NCBI GenBank assembly: GCA_003427395.1
Contig: BFEA01000016.1
Coordinates: forward strand, 3,488,115 to 3,551,808
DNA: 63,694 nucleotides
Reading direction: 5' to 3'
From: Chara braunii
Lineage: Eukaryota > Plantae > Charophyceae
Positions 12,393 to 24,174 of this stretch are shown here, piece by piece. How positions within the stretch are numbered: the first letter of the stretch is position 1; the number at the start of each line of letters is the position of its first letter. The notes under the pieces are model-generated. The model searched no databases. It had not been told where the DNA came from and worked only from the letters and a program-made list of their open reading frames with translations. Made by a program: the position numbers and the translations under genes.

Positions 12393-12555
12393 GTGCCGAC
12401 CAGTGCGACGGTCGGCTGGTCAGCCCCGGACCCGGACCAATCCAGGGGCACTGACCGTCGGCGTGATTACTCTGGTTGTACATGATTTTTTTTTTTCTTT
12501 TTCTTTTTTTCTCCCATGTGCATCTTAAGTGTCATCCACTGGTTTGTCCATATCG

Positions 12556-12605
12556 CTTCCCTCTCTGCCTACGGTTTACCGGGCAGTTCTATTTGACGAT
12601 ATATA
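12556..12605 (+). mobile_element. 5'-truncated ribozyme-element tail
   Basis: CCCTCTCTGCCTACGGTTTACCGGGCAGTTCTATTTGACGATATATA, the same variant as at 29560-29606. Confidence 0.8.
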
Positions 12606-13178
12606 GCTAAGCTCTTGCCTGTGACAAGCGGACGATCGGGACCCTCCGATTTTTTGCTGCGCGACGGCCCTGGTTGTCTGCTGATCGTTTTTTCTTAGAA
12701 GTTGAAGCATCGGCAGGGCCAGTACAGGTCCCGAACGCCAGTGCCAGCACCACGCTTGATACCGGGCCCACGCACCAGAGCTGGTACCACACAGGGTATT
12801 GGGCCCCCGCGCTAGCACTGGTACTGTCGGGACGTTGCCGGGCCAGCGCCAAGCGCCCGCACGTAACAAAACTTTTCGATATTGGATGCGATGCGGGAAA
12901 AAGCGCCCCCACACTGCGCCTGCCCTCCAATCGACTTCGACTTTTCATACCGTAGGCTACGTCGCTCGACTTCGACTTACTTCTACGCTGCTATGCACGA
13001 CTACGACTTCGCTCTACGTTGGACACACGCACGCGCACATGTACACACGCACGCGTGCACACACACAGGCACACACGCACGCACACACACTCACGTACGC
13101 ACACACACATACAAACACAAACACAAACACACACGCAAACGTGGTGAGTCCTTGGGCATCAGTACAGTTCATCCTGGG

Positions 13179-13235
13179 CGGGCTGTCGGGGTTCAACCTC
13201 CTAAGGAGTCGGTGGAAGTCCAACGAAACAGTCTG
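13179..13235 (+). ncRNA. Divergent type III hammerhead ribozyme, probably inactivated (core CTAAGGA)
   Basis: Stem III CGGGCTGT/ACAGTCTG, GUC triplet, stem I GGGG/CCTC, stem II GTCGG/CCAAC, GAAA. Collinear with 1630-1687. Confidence 0.7.
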
Positions 13236-13523
13236 GCTGAGTCATTTTGTTAGTTCTGTATAGCGAACATAACAACACTCACACATACTCAGACTCACCC
13301 ACACAGAACACACACACCCACACACACATGCATACACACACACACACACACACTCACCCAGGACACACCATCTCTACATCCTGAATGTTGGTTGAGCTGT
13401 GCAGCGTCAAGGCTTTCGAACGATCGCAGCTTGATGACTGACGGTGAGTTGGTTATTCGTGTCTGTTGCTTTCGTTTTTTGTGGTCTTGGAACTAAGAGA
13501 GAGAGAGTGCGTATGTGTCTGCG

Positions 13524-13570
<47 letters not shown>

Positions 13571-13874
13571 ACTAACAACGACCCTCTCCTCTGCCCACCA
13601 CCATCAAGTCTACCGATGAGTTTCATATCTTCCGACCAGTTTCCTGACTGATCCGTGCTCCATTGGGACCAATAAGAAAAAGGAGAGCGCGCGCGCGCGC
13701 GCGCGATAGATAGATAGAGAGAGTACCTACGCGCCCCCCCCCCAAAAAAAAAAAAGAAAAAACCACCATTGTGTCTTATCTGTACCTTCATACCTCCGAT
13801 CAGTTTCATAGCTGATTCCGAGGTCCATGGGGAGAGATGGTTTATATGCACATGAGCAAGATGCGGGAGGGAGG

Positions 13875-13928
<54 letters not shown>

Positions 13929-14119
13929 CCATTGTAACCGACTGCACGTCCGTCCCACCCCCCCTCCTCTGCCCCCCACAAGTACAGTATCTGCTGCGAT
14001 CAGTTCCGTGGTTTATAGAGACGGTTAAAAAGTGAAAAATAAAACAAACGCGCCCAAGACGCGGGAGAGAGACCAGAGAAAGAGTGAGAGGGAGGTAGAT
14101 ATCTAACTAACTATGCGCC

Positions 14120-14198
14120 GGCGTCCTCCCCACCCACCCAAACGATCAAGTGTACTATCTGATCCATGGTCCAAAAGAAATGCGTGAGGGGGACACGC

Positions 14199-14291
<93 letters not shown>

Positions 14292-14530
14292 CGACAATCC
14301 CCCCACCATCGGGTGTGGTATCTGTTCCGGTCAGTTTCATATCTGATCCGTGGTCGATCAAGACCTTTAAAAAAGAAAGACAGGAAAAAAGACGGAAATT
14401 AATGGAAAAAAAAAAAAACAAGGGAAGCATGGGCGATTTCGAAAATAAAAGAAACCTGAAACACAAGCGATTTCGGGAAGAAAAGAAAAAAAAGCGAAGG
14501 GGGCACGTACTTAGCCGCAAGAGGTAAGGC

Positions 14531-14569
<39 letters not shown>

Positions 14570-14712
14570 ACAGCAAGGCAGGAGAGAGAGGGAGTAGACA
14601 CGGGCTTGAGCAGGATGGTCCATCGTGACCAATTAAAAAGAACAAAAAAAAAAGTGGAAAATCTGCAAGCTTGTGCGTGAACCAGAGAGAGAGAGAGAGT
14701 CCATCACCATCT

Positions 14713-14810
<98 letters not shown>

Positions 14811-14972
14811 ACTACTTGGAAAACATTCCATTGGCAATGCGGGCATTTTTGTTACAGGCGTAGCCGCAACAGGTGCCCTAGTCTTAGTCACTTCTGCTCT
14901 TCGCGTAGGATGTTCGTCCTTAAAGTTGGATGGCTGCGCAGGAGCAACGACNNNNNNNNNNNNNNNNNNNNN

Positions 14973-15013
<41 letters not shown>

Positions 15014-15074
15014 ACCCACCCAAGCGATCAAGTGTACTATCTGATCCATGGTCCAAAAAAAATGCGTGAGGGGG

Positions 15075-15115
<41 letters not shown>

Positions 15116-15495
15116 CGACCATCCCCCCACGATCAGGTGTGGTATCTGTTCTGGTCAGTTTCGTATCTGATCCGTGGTCGATCAAGACCTTTAAAAAAGA
15201 AAAACAGGAAAAAAGATGGAAATCCCGTTCGCGCACTGATCAGTTCAATGGAGAAAAAAAAAAAACAAGGGAAGCATGGGCGATTTCGAAAATAAAAGGT
15301 GCAGAGAGAGAGAGAGAGAGAGAGAGGGGACAGGAAGGCAGGAGAGGAAGGGAGTAGACACGGGCTTGAGCAGGATGGTCCATCGTGACCAATTAAAAAG
15401 AACAAAGAAAAAAGTGGAAAATCTGCAAGCTTGTGCGTGAACCAGAGAGAGAGAGAGTGAGTCCATCACCATCTTCGTGTGTGTGTGGGTGTGGG

Positions 15496-15574
<79 letters not shown>

Positions 15575-15630
15575 TTCTTGGGAAACATTCCATTAGTATT
15601 GCGGGCATAGCCGCAACAGGTCCCCTAGTT
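14120..15630. repeat. ~0.9-kb tandem duplication across an N gap
   Basis: 14120-14890 and 15000-15630 are similar with indels. Either a real tandem copy or uncollapsed haplotypes. Confidence 0.7.
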
Positions 15631-15899
15631 TATCTTATTGATGCTGAACAATTTGCTTGCTGACGTTGCCGTGCATTACTGCATTGCCCGCATTTGCTTT
15701 TTATAGTCACAAAAACATGCTGGATGTGCACCTCTGTTTTATTGCCGGCTTTTGTTTTTGTTGTCGTTGTGGTTCCTGGTCCTACTCTTTTCCACAGAAG
15801 AGATTTGGTGTTCTCCCCATGAAACACCCATCTCGCCACCTTCTCTTGCGCCTGAACTCTTCCGGGTTTCATGCTGTTCTTGTTATACTGTAACAAGTG

Positions 15900-16900
15900 G
15901 TTGCCTGCTGAACAAACACTTCAGGAAGTCAGAAGGATCATCCTGATTATTGGAGAACGGGTGCAGGAACTGTGTCGTTCCTCTCCCTTTTCTCCCCTAT
16001 GGTGATATATGGAGAAGAGCAGCACCTTGGCACATCCAGATGGGACTGGGGGTGTGTAGATAATTCCCGCTGCCTTTTTCGCTGATGGAAAATTTGTTTA
16101 TGCCACTGTATGGAAGGTGATCTAGGTGGCAAGGGGTTATTTGCAGTGTTTGATGATGGGAATTCATTGGTGGAGAGTGCAGGTGGGGAAGGTGGCTTCT
16201 GGGTCTTGTGGCGTGGGGGCAAGATTAGACAGATGCTTAACAGATGTGGCCTGGCAGGCAGCTGAAGATTGGAGCAGAGTTAAAGCAGGGTAGATAGGTG
16301 TATTAGCCACTGTGATAGGTGTTGGCCAGTGTAGGAGTGCATCGATGGTGGAGTGAGAAGAGCACACTGTGATGGCATATTGGAGGAGAAGGGGCGTTTA
16401 GTTTCGTATGTCTGTTTCATAAAGCACGGGGTTGAAATGCAGACGAGGAGTTTATACTGGTATGCTATAAGTGGGTGATATCCATCATGGGATCAGAGAG
16501 AGATGATGGGGTGAGCCCGGATGCTGATCTGGACGTGTAGGCTGAGTCAGGCCTTGCACACTGCTTTTTCTGGATATATTTTTGCAGGAGGGAGGTGGAA
16601 ACAGGTATAAATCATGGCAGGTGTAGGCAACGAGTTGAATTGGACATGTTCCCTAGCATCCAGAGGAGTGAGGACTGAGGTGTGCCTCATGACAGCCCTG
16701 TTGCAACCACATTCGGAGACTGATGCAACTGCAGGGGTGGTCATCATGGTTGAGGCCCCTGAGGGCATGAATTATTTTAGCAATGAGAATGTCACAAAGT
16801 GAGGCGTGGGTGGAGGGCGATAAGGAGGAGGTTATGTTGTGAAAGGCAGAGACAGGCAAGGGTAAACAGGCCTCTACGAGAACGGAGACAGACAAAGGCG
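15900..16900 (-). pseudogene. Possible highly decayed LINE APE-endonuclease region
   Basis: Minus-strand fragments HFNPVLYETDIR (cf. GDFN.vl...Dr) and SHSTIDALL (cf. SrID..l) in the expected order; many stops. Confidence 0.25.
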
Positions 16901-17018
16901 TGCAGGGAATGGTCATGAAGTGATGTCACGGCCAGAGTTCAAGAATGATATATAGACCTTTCTATGGCTTGTGCTAATGCTGAGAAATGTGTCTATGCTC
17001 TGGTATTGTCTTGTGCAG

Positions 17019-18973
17019 GGGCAATGCGACGACATATTTACCACCCTGACGAAAAAAGTTGGCATGTCTTGCAACGGACAGACATGTACGTTCAAAGTTG
17101 GCGCGATTCCTATTGTTGCACAATGTGAAATTGGTGAGTGTGTAAGCTCATCAGACGCACTGGTTTTGCCAAAAGGTGATGACAAGACTATGTCGGTTCT
17201 GGGAAGTGTGATGGTGTCACTCGCAATCTTGCTGTCCCTGTTCGCCATATTCCTGTTCTGTGGATGGAGGCTGTGGCAACGAAAGGAAGGAGAAGCAAGA
17301 TACCTAGCCTGGGCCAAGCCAACAGAAGAGACGCGGCTGAACAACGGCATGCGGTCTGAGCTAGAAGGAGGGCCAGGACAAGTCCTGTCTGTTCACAATC
17401 TTGCGGTGAAGGAAGTGGGTGCAGGCACATTCAGTGTTCTGAAGCGATCAGCCAAGGGGTTGTGGAGATTGTGGAAAGCGAAAAAGTTGGGTGCAGAGGA
17501 GGTGAGCACAGTGAGCAATGATGGGATAAAGCTATCAATTAAGAAAGATAAGCGCACGTACATATTGTCAGACTTATCCTTCACTGTAAGCCGTGGCTCA
17601 GTTCTAGCCATCATGGGTCCGACAGGCAGTGGGAAGACCACTCTGCTGAATGTCATTGCAGGTGTGGGAGGGGGGCGTGCAGCTGGAACGGAGGTCTATG
17701 GGTCAATTGAGGTTGACGGGAAGCGGAGGGGTCCTGGATTTCGGCGCTACGCAGCATTGCTACCACAGGAGGACTTTTTATTCAACACTCTCACTGTAGA
17801 GGAGTGCATTTGGTATTCTGCGCAGCTGCGCTTGCCTGCCTTCATGCCTGATGAGGTGAAGGTAGCACGCGTGAATATGGTTATTGAGGATCTTGGACTG
17901 ACCAAAGTACGAAAACATCGTGTTGGAACATCGTTTACGGAACCAGGTTTGAGTGGAGGTGAAAGACGACGAGTTCGTATTGCAATGGAATTAGTGTGCG
18001 ACCCAAAGATAATCTTCCTGGACGAACCAACCTCAGGGCTTGACAGTCATACATCACTTCTCTTGGTGAGGAAGCTCAATGAAATTGCACAGAGAGGGGC
18101 AATCGTGGTGCTAAATGTACATCAACCGTCTGAGGAAGCGTTCAACGAGTTTGATAAAGTTCTCCTTCTTTCTAAGGCCGGGAGGATTGTATTCTATGGC
18201 CCACGTGTTGAGCTAGCACCTTTCTTTAGTGCTATTGGTTACCCTTGCCCAAGTCATCGCAATTTTGCTGACCATATGCTGGAGGTGATTAGCTTGCATG
18301 AGGAGTTCAATGACCCAATGTGGCCAGGTCATGAACGAGCCTTGCTTGTGAGGGCAATGCAGCAACGTGGAGATGGTCAGAGGGAGCAAACAACAAGACC
18401 GAACACTGATGATGGTTCTGGTACGCATTTGACGGCAGTGTCTGGGTTGCCCAGCCGTCCCATGTCCAATCACATGCACAACCTCGCAGAGCCACCCTAC
18501 TTCAATCGCTCTCCCTCTCCTTCATCAGACCAGCGTCTGTTGGGGGGAAGCGACATGTTGGGTAAAACCTCTGCTGGGGATGCAACTGACACAGGATTAC
18601 CTTCTGCTGAGGCGAACAAGCTGGACTATCACCATTCCTTGCAAGAGGCAGATGACGACGACAGTTGGGGAAATGGGAAACCAGATTCCAACTGGTTGAT
18701 GACGGCGTATTATCACATCTTCCCACGTGAGCCAAAGTTTCTTCAGGGTCCAGAATTTGAAAGGTCCATCATCACAGAGATGTGGGTTGTGTTCTGGAGA
18801 GAGTTGATGAACACATGGAGGCATCCATCTTTATTGGCGCTGCACTTGGCTGTGGCCTTGGTACTCGGTATGCTCGTTGGTGCAGTCTTCTACCATGTCC
18901 AGAATACATTTCCAGGAGTACAGAACCGTGCGGGAGCCTTCTACTTCTCTGTTACCCTGTTTGCATTTACAAG
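17019..18973 (+). CDS. ABCG half-transporter main exon: end of Cys-rich domain, TM helix, NBD, first TMD helices
   Basis: Walker A GPTGSGKT, signature LSGGE, Walker B IIFLDE, H-loop VHQP, CPSHRNFADH and QNRAGAFYF. GTGCAG| acceptor at 17018, AG|GTACC donor at 18973. Confidence 0.95.
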
Positions 18974-20259
18974 GTACCACCATTCTTTACATTTGCCAGC
19001 ATTATGGGTTTTGGGTTCAGGGTTGGGGTTGTCTTCAGTTGGGTTTTAATATGTTACATTTGCCAGCATTATGGGTTTTGGGTTCAGGGTTGGGGTTGTC
19101 TTCAGTTGGGCTTTAATATGCTTTGGATTCATGTTTGGGGGAAAGGGGAAGTGGCCAGGGCAGTGGGAAGGATGAGAGGGAGGACTGTTGCAGAGGGGAA
19201 AAGGTAAACGAGAGGGGGTGGAAGGGAAAGGCGGAAGGAGGAGGGAGGGGGGATGGAGAGGGAGATGGGGAGGAAGGAAGCAGGACCAGGAGAGAAGGGG
19301 AAAGGTGGTGAGATGCTCTAGAATCATTGACTCGTTTAGGAAGCGGGTCATACCTGCTGTGTCGCTTGATAATGATGATGGAAATGGTAATCTTTCCTAC
19401 AATCTATTATTCATTCATTCAAAAGCATGGTTGTGAGGTGGTCATCACTGTCCTGAAAGTGACTAGCAACAGCAACAGCCCTCTCTCTGAAGGTCTGTAG
19501 AGCCATGTACACTTGCTACTTGGCCTGTATGGGCATCCAAATTTGTGAGGCCAGACAGGTCCACACAGGACTTGGGTCAGGTGGTAGCCCTTAAGGCCCA
19601 GGGTAGAAACTTTGTGAAGCAGGTTTGCTTGTTTACTGTAGGATCTCTGGTTTGCTCCGGTACATTGTGCGGGGCTCTGTAACAGAGCATGCCATGTTTG
19701 TTACTTGCATGACACAGTACACAGGCCCTGCATGACACAGCACATAGGCCCCACATAAGGTCAATTCCTGAACCATCCCATGAGAGCCCAACGCGGATGG
19801 CTCTAGGGCAAATAGTGCGGTGGAACATTCAGTTCGCATTGTGCTGTGCTGAGAACGAGGAGATGAGACAGAGGAGAAGATGTTTTCGTAAGTAGTTGAA
19901 GCGTGCCTCGAATCGCGACATTGGAAGATGATTTGAGACCAAGAAGTGGAAAGAGGAGGAGAAGAAAGCAGGGAGCTGACAGCGAAAGGGGCGCAGGAGG
20001 GGGAAGCGATAGATATGATCTGAACATGCAGGAGGCAATCTGTACACAGGAGGCCATCTGTACTGTCTGGTGTCCAAGTACTGGATGATTGGAGGTTTGC
20101 TTGGAAGAGAGTAGTGTCTGAATTGCAAAATCTGAATCTGCATGGTCTACCTTAAAACTACCACAACATGCCCCAGGCAAATCGAGCAGCTGTAAAAAGT
20201 TGCGGATGAACAGTGTCATCGGAACAAAATGGCCGGTGCTGCCAGCGCAAACAAAGAAA

Positions 20260-20472
20260 AAAAATTCCATCTGTGGTGGTTCGTTTTCTTTTTTTTTTTT
20301 CCCATGTGCAGTCCGAATTTGCAACAGGAAAAAGAGACTCGGAGGTTTTTCCATGTGCAGTCTTAGTTTGCCACAGGAAAAAGGGACTCAACAAGTCTCT
20401 TTTTCCTGTGGCAACTCGGACTGCACATGGGAGAAAGATAAAATAAAACGAACCACCACGGATGTGGTTTTT
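20260..20472. repeat. Foldback/MITE-like inverted repeat
   Basis: Arms GTGGTGGTTCGTTTT..CCCATGTGCAGTCCGA and TCGGACTGCACATGGG..AAAACGAACCACCAC, with an internal direct duplicate. Confidence 0.7.
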
Positions 20473-20891
20473 TCATACTTGCGGCACACTTAAGCGGTGC
20501 GTCATGCGCTCACGGGTGATGTGTGCACACGTGCGCACCGCGCGCACTGAGCATGCACAGGCAGTGTGCTGGAGTGCGGCCGAGTGACCCCCATGCCCGC
20601 GCATCTGCGGATGTGCCTTTCCTTTTCTTTTTTTCTTTTTTCTTTTTTTTTGTGTTTGTGTGTGCCGTTGATACAGGCGTTTGTCTGCTGTGCCAGAACA
20701 CCATTCTCCTGACACTATGGACCGAACAAAACACCTGTATCAACGGACACTACCGATTCTCGACAGAGGGCGTTTCGTTCAGCCCGATAGGCCCGTTGCT
20801 TTTCCTTCTTTTTTTTCTTATCTGTTTTTGTGTTATTTGGGGATTAGTTACAGCCTGTTTACTGACAGGGCCTCGCCCCACTGCTCTCCAC

Positions 20892-21102
20892 ATGCACAAA
20901 AGACCAAAATATGGCAGTGTATCTTTCCATGTTCTAGCGGAACATTCATTCTCATTTTGCACATTTGGAGAGTGGTGGAGCCAGGGCCATACAACGGTAG
21001 CCTGGGGCCTCACTCCACCACTCTCCAAATGTGCCAAATGAGAACGAATCTTCCGCTAGAACATGGAAAGATACATCGCCATATTTTTTGTCTTTTCTGC
21101 AT
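20892..21102. repeat. Long hairpin, ~90-bp arms
   Basis: 20892-20980 is the reverse complement of 21013-21102 with few mismatches. Confidence 0.8.
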
Positions 21103-22200
21103 TAGTGGAGCAAGGCTCTTGCATCGCACCGGACTACACACTGGACTTGAAGCTTACTTGCAGCCCTCATCGCACCGGACTACACACTGGACTTGAAGCT
21201 TACTTGCACTCCGCGCGCACCGAAGCGCACCGCACTGGAAAGTTAGGTCGAAAAAAAAAAAAAAAAAGGTAGGGTTTTTTAAATTTCTTAGGGCCCGCAG
21301 CTCGGCGAAAATGATAAACTCACGTGAGTTCAGAAACCGGCCGTGCCCCCGGCCCAAAGTTTTTTTTGGGCAAGGCCTGCCGAATTTCGATTTCCGCAGG
21401 CCCTTCCCCCAAAAGTTTCAAAATGGTGAATCATCAAAATAGGGCTCATTCCAACTTTCTATTTAGGCGGGGTGTAGAAATTGGTTTTCAGCCTCCCTTC
21501 TGCAAATCCCACACAGTGGTGGGAAAACTTCGCAAGAAGGGGGTAGCGACCTGCCCCTCAGAGCCTTGCAGAAGTCACAAGATGTGTTTTGGAAGGCCAG
21601 CCAACCACCAATATATGCTGAAGAGCGGCATTCAGGTCTGCATGTCGCCAGTTATGGGTTAGGAACTTAGGTTGAAGATGCCTGTAACTCTCTCGTTTTT
21701 TTTGTTTTCTTATGATTACGTACAGTGGGGCCTGCTCCACTACTCACCACATGCACAAAAGACATAGCATATGGCGGTGTATGGTTCCATGTGTTAGCAG
21801 AAGATTCATTCTACTAATGTGATATACATATTTAATGAATTTTTATTATTATTATTTTTTAATTTATATACATTTGGTGAGTGGTGGAGGGAGGCCCTGA
21901 GAATCACGTGGAGACACGAACAGGGTCTAGCTGAATTGGTGACCCATAACTGCCGAGCTACATCCCTGAACTATAACCCACGGCATATATTGGTGGTGCA
22001 ATGACTTGCTGGTTCCAGGTTGCCTGTAGCCTCTCTCTGACGAGGCCGTACCATAGGTAGAGACAGATTCGTAATTTTGTTTGGCTGAGGGCTAACCGAG
22101 AGACCTACCTGTGAGGAAAATTCGTGAGGGACATATTTGTAAATATAGGAAATATGGGCCCAGTACTAACTCGAATTTCCTACAGCTACCCTAACTGTGA

Positions 22201-22390
22201 ATAGCAGACCCGCGCTACCCCTAGGACAGACAGGCCCAATGGGCCTACGCTGATAGACGGTCCTATAGCCTATAGCCGGGTAGGGACAGGCCCTAATAGC
22301 AGACCCGCGCTACCCCTAGGACAGACAGGCCCAATGGGCCTACGCTGATAGACGGTCCTATAGCCTATAGCCGGGTAGGGACAGGCCCTA
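22201..22390. repeat. Perfect 95-bp tandem duplication
   Basis: 22201-22295 = 22296-22390. Confidence 0.9.
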
Positions 22391-24031
22391 CGGGCCGAAA
22401 CAGAAACGGTACTGGTCGGTAAGTCAGTCCGGTCTAGGTTGAGTCTAGGCTAGGGTAGAGTATAGATAGGTTGAGAGAATTGGTCCGGGGCTTTTGGCAG
22501 TTGACACTTCGTGGTGGACATCAGGTTGTGTCGACTGATACATGACCAGACCTTCGGAGCGCTGACCAGACTGGGGTCAACGCTGTCCGCTCTGACTCTC
22601 TGGGAGTCAAAGCAGTCTGGGCTATCAGGGGTCTGATGCGTTGGAGCACGTGGTGCACTGCTGACCCTCCTCGAGAGTAGGGTCCCAGTGGCGATGCAGC
22701 CATAGCTGCATCTTCTCAGAGAGTATCATCGTCTGGACTTCATTTTCATCAGAGACTGTTGGCGCGGGCTTCTTCTTCATCATCTGAGTGGCGATTGGCT
22801 CTGGGAGCCTGTTTCATCTTGGCGCAGGCCACTGAGTCGGATGTCAGGGTGGCGCTGGATGTGACCTGGGTTTCTGGTGCTATTTTTAGCTGCTCAGTGT
22901 GTGTGGGGTTGAGGCGCTACCCGTCTGAGGGAAGCGCAACAGGGTTCTGAGGTTATTCAGAGAAAACGATGCTCTGAGTTAATAAACGGTTGTAATAGTG
23001 TGTTCGAGTTGTCATCTCTTCATTGATTTCTGGCTGTGATCTCTCGGTTGTCTTCTATGAATGATTGTTGGGACTTCTGTGGAGAGAATCCACTGTGTTG
23101 TGTATTCTGTCACTTCGCTCTTCTGAGTCTTCCGCTGCGTTCCTTTTGTTGGGCGGTGTGACACTCCACTACCTCTCCCCTTCCTTCTGTGCATGTATGG
23201 GCATGTACAGGGGATCCTGTGAGTGAGCGTTGACAAAATTTCAACGGACAATCATGTTCATAACAGCGGTCTGCTCCCATCTCTTCCACATATGTCGTGG
23301 CCATCCTTCTCGTTGAAGCAGTGGTCCTCAATGACTCCACATGTATTGTAGGAGCCATTCGAGGTACCTGCAGGGGCCCTCGAAATGACATGAAGGGGAC
23401 CCTTTGGTATCTCTCTCTTTCTCTCTCTGGGGCCTTTTTTTTTCCCCCGCACAGGACGCACCTCCCTCAGCATGCGCACTGTGCACGGTGTACAGTGCGC
23501 GCGCTGTCATTCCAGCACACAGCGTACTGCACACCGGCCTCCACCGCACTGCGCACTGGTGCGCTGCAACTATGCTGACAACCTTGAGCCGATGGTCGAC
23601 CTGGAATTCCCAACCAAATCGATAAATGCGAATGTTAAACCACCACTACCTTTCAGAATGGAACGCTAGAAGTAAATGCAACCTATACCGCATTCTTCAG
23701 AGGCTGGGTGCTACTGAACCAAAATGGCAGGCAGCGCCAGCCAAAAGTAAAGAAAAAAGTTGCACTGGCACTTGGACGAAGCTTGGCGCGCACTTCTACT
23801 CTGCGTCGACAAGAAGAGGCTCGGAGGTAATGGTGGTTTAACGTGTTTTTTCCTGGACTTTCAACTTTGTTTTAGTCGTTCACAAGACCCTGGCACTCCG
23901 TGAGCCCCTAAAAAGATCGCCTGTGCAGAATGCCACTGGGGAGTTAATGAAGGCCATCACGAGAGGAAAGAAGGCTTCCCTCAACTCAAGGCTGAACCAG
24001 AGGGTACTTGGGCTGAGACAGGTGCCAGCCT

Positions 24032-24085
24032 ATAGAGCAACAACCTTCTAAGTTGAAGGCCACAGGTTCAAATCCTGCAGGATGC
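24032..24085 (+). pseudogene. trnR: 5'-truncated mitochondrial-type tRNA-Arg(UCU), NUMT
   Basis: Anticodon arm CAAC-CT TCT AA-GTTG; T arm CAGG TTCAAAT CCTG; acceptor 5' strand missing. Confidence 0.7.
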
Positions 24086-24095
24086 TGAATTCTTC

Positions 24096-24174
24096 GGGAG
24101 AGTGGCTAAAAGCGACAGACTGTAAATCNGTTGAAGGTTATATTTCTACGTAGGTTCGAATCCTGCCTCTCCCA
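24096..24174 (+). pseudogene. trnY: Mitochondrial-type tRNA-Tyr(GUA) with D-loop deletion, NUMT
   Basis: Acceptor GGGAGAG/CTCTCCC-A; anticodon loop CT GTA AA; long variable arm; GGTTCGAATCC. Confidence 0.75.

Larger units (their letters stand above)
4571..12474. mobile_element. Large composite hAT-like non-autonomous element with nested insertions
   Basis: Left end CAGGGTAGTTTTGG, right end GGCGTGATTACTCTG; 8-bp flanks GTTGTAAA/GTTGTACA. It spans N gaps and an adapter junction, so internal continuity is uncertain. Confidence 0.5.
7790..15480. repeat. Microsatellite-interspersed repeat family (~45-nt core GATCAAGYGTAGTATCTGCTYCGWTCAGTTTCATATC)
   Basis: About 20 copies by eye: + strand at 7830-9500 and 13600-15180, minus strand at 11560-11865. 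Separated by (GA)n/(CA)n. Confidence 0.8.

Noticed and set aside
17848-17870. Other CTGANGA matches (17046, 17848, 18407, 34544, 46987 and similar) as hammerheads
   Set aside because: No stem II followed by GAAA and no pairing stems; several lie in coding sequence.
16971-19049. The 692-aa ORF as a complete single-exon gene
   Set aside because: Its first 16 and last ~25 codons are intronic read-through; splice sites at 17018 and 18974 link it to other exons that supply the rest of the TMD.
22143-23234. Solo LTR (AAATT flanks, ends ...TGACA)
   Set aside because: Starts CG rather than TG, the terminal repeat is weak, and there is no second copy, PBS or PPT to confirm it.
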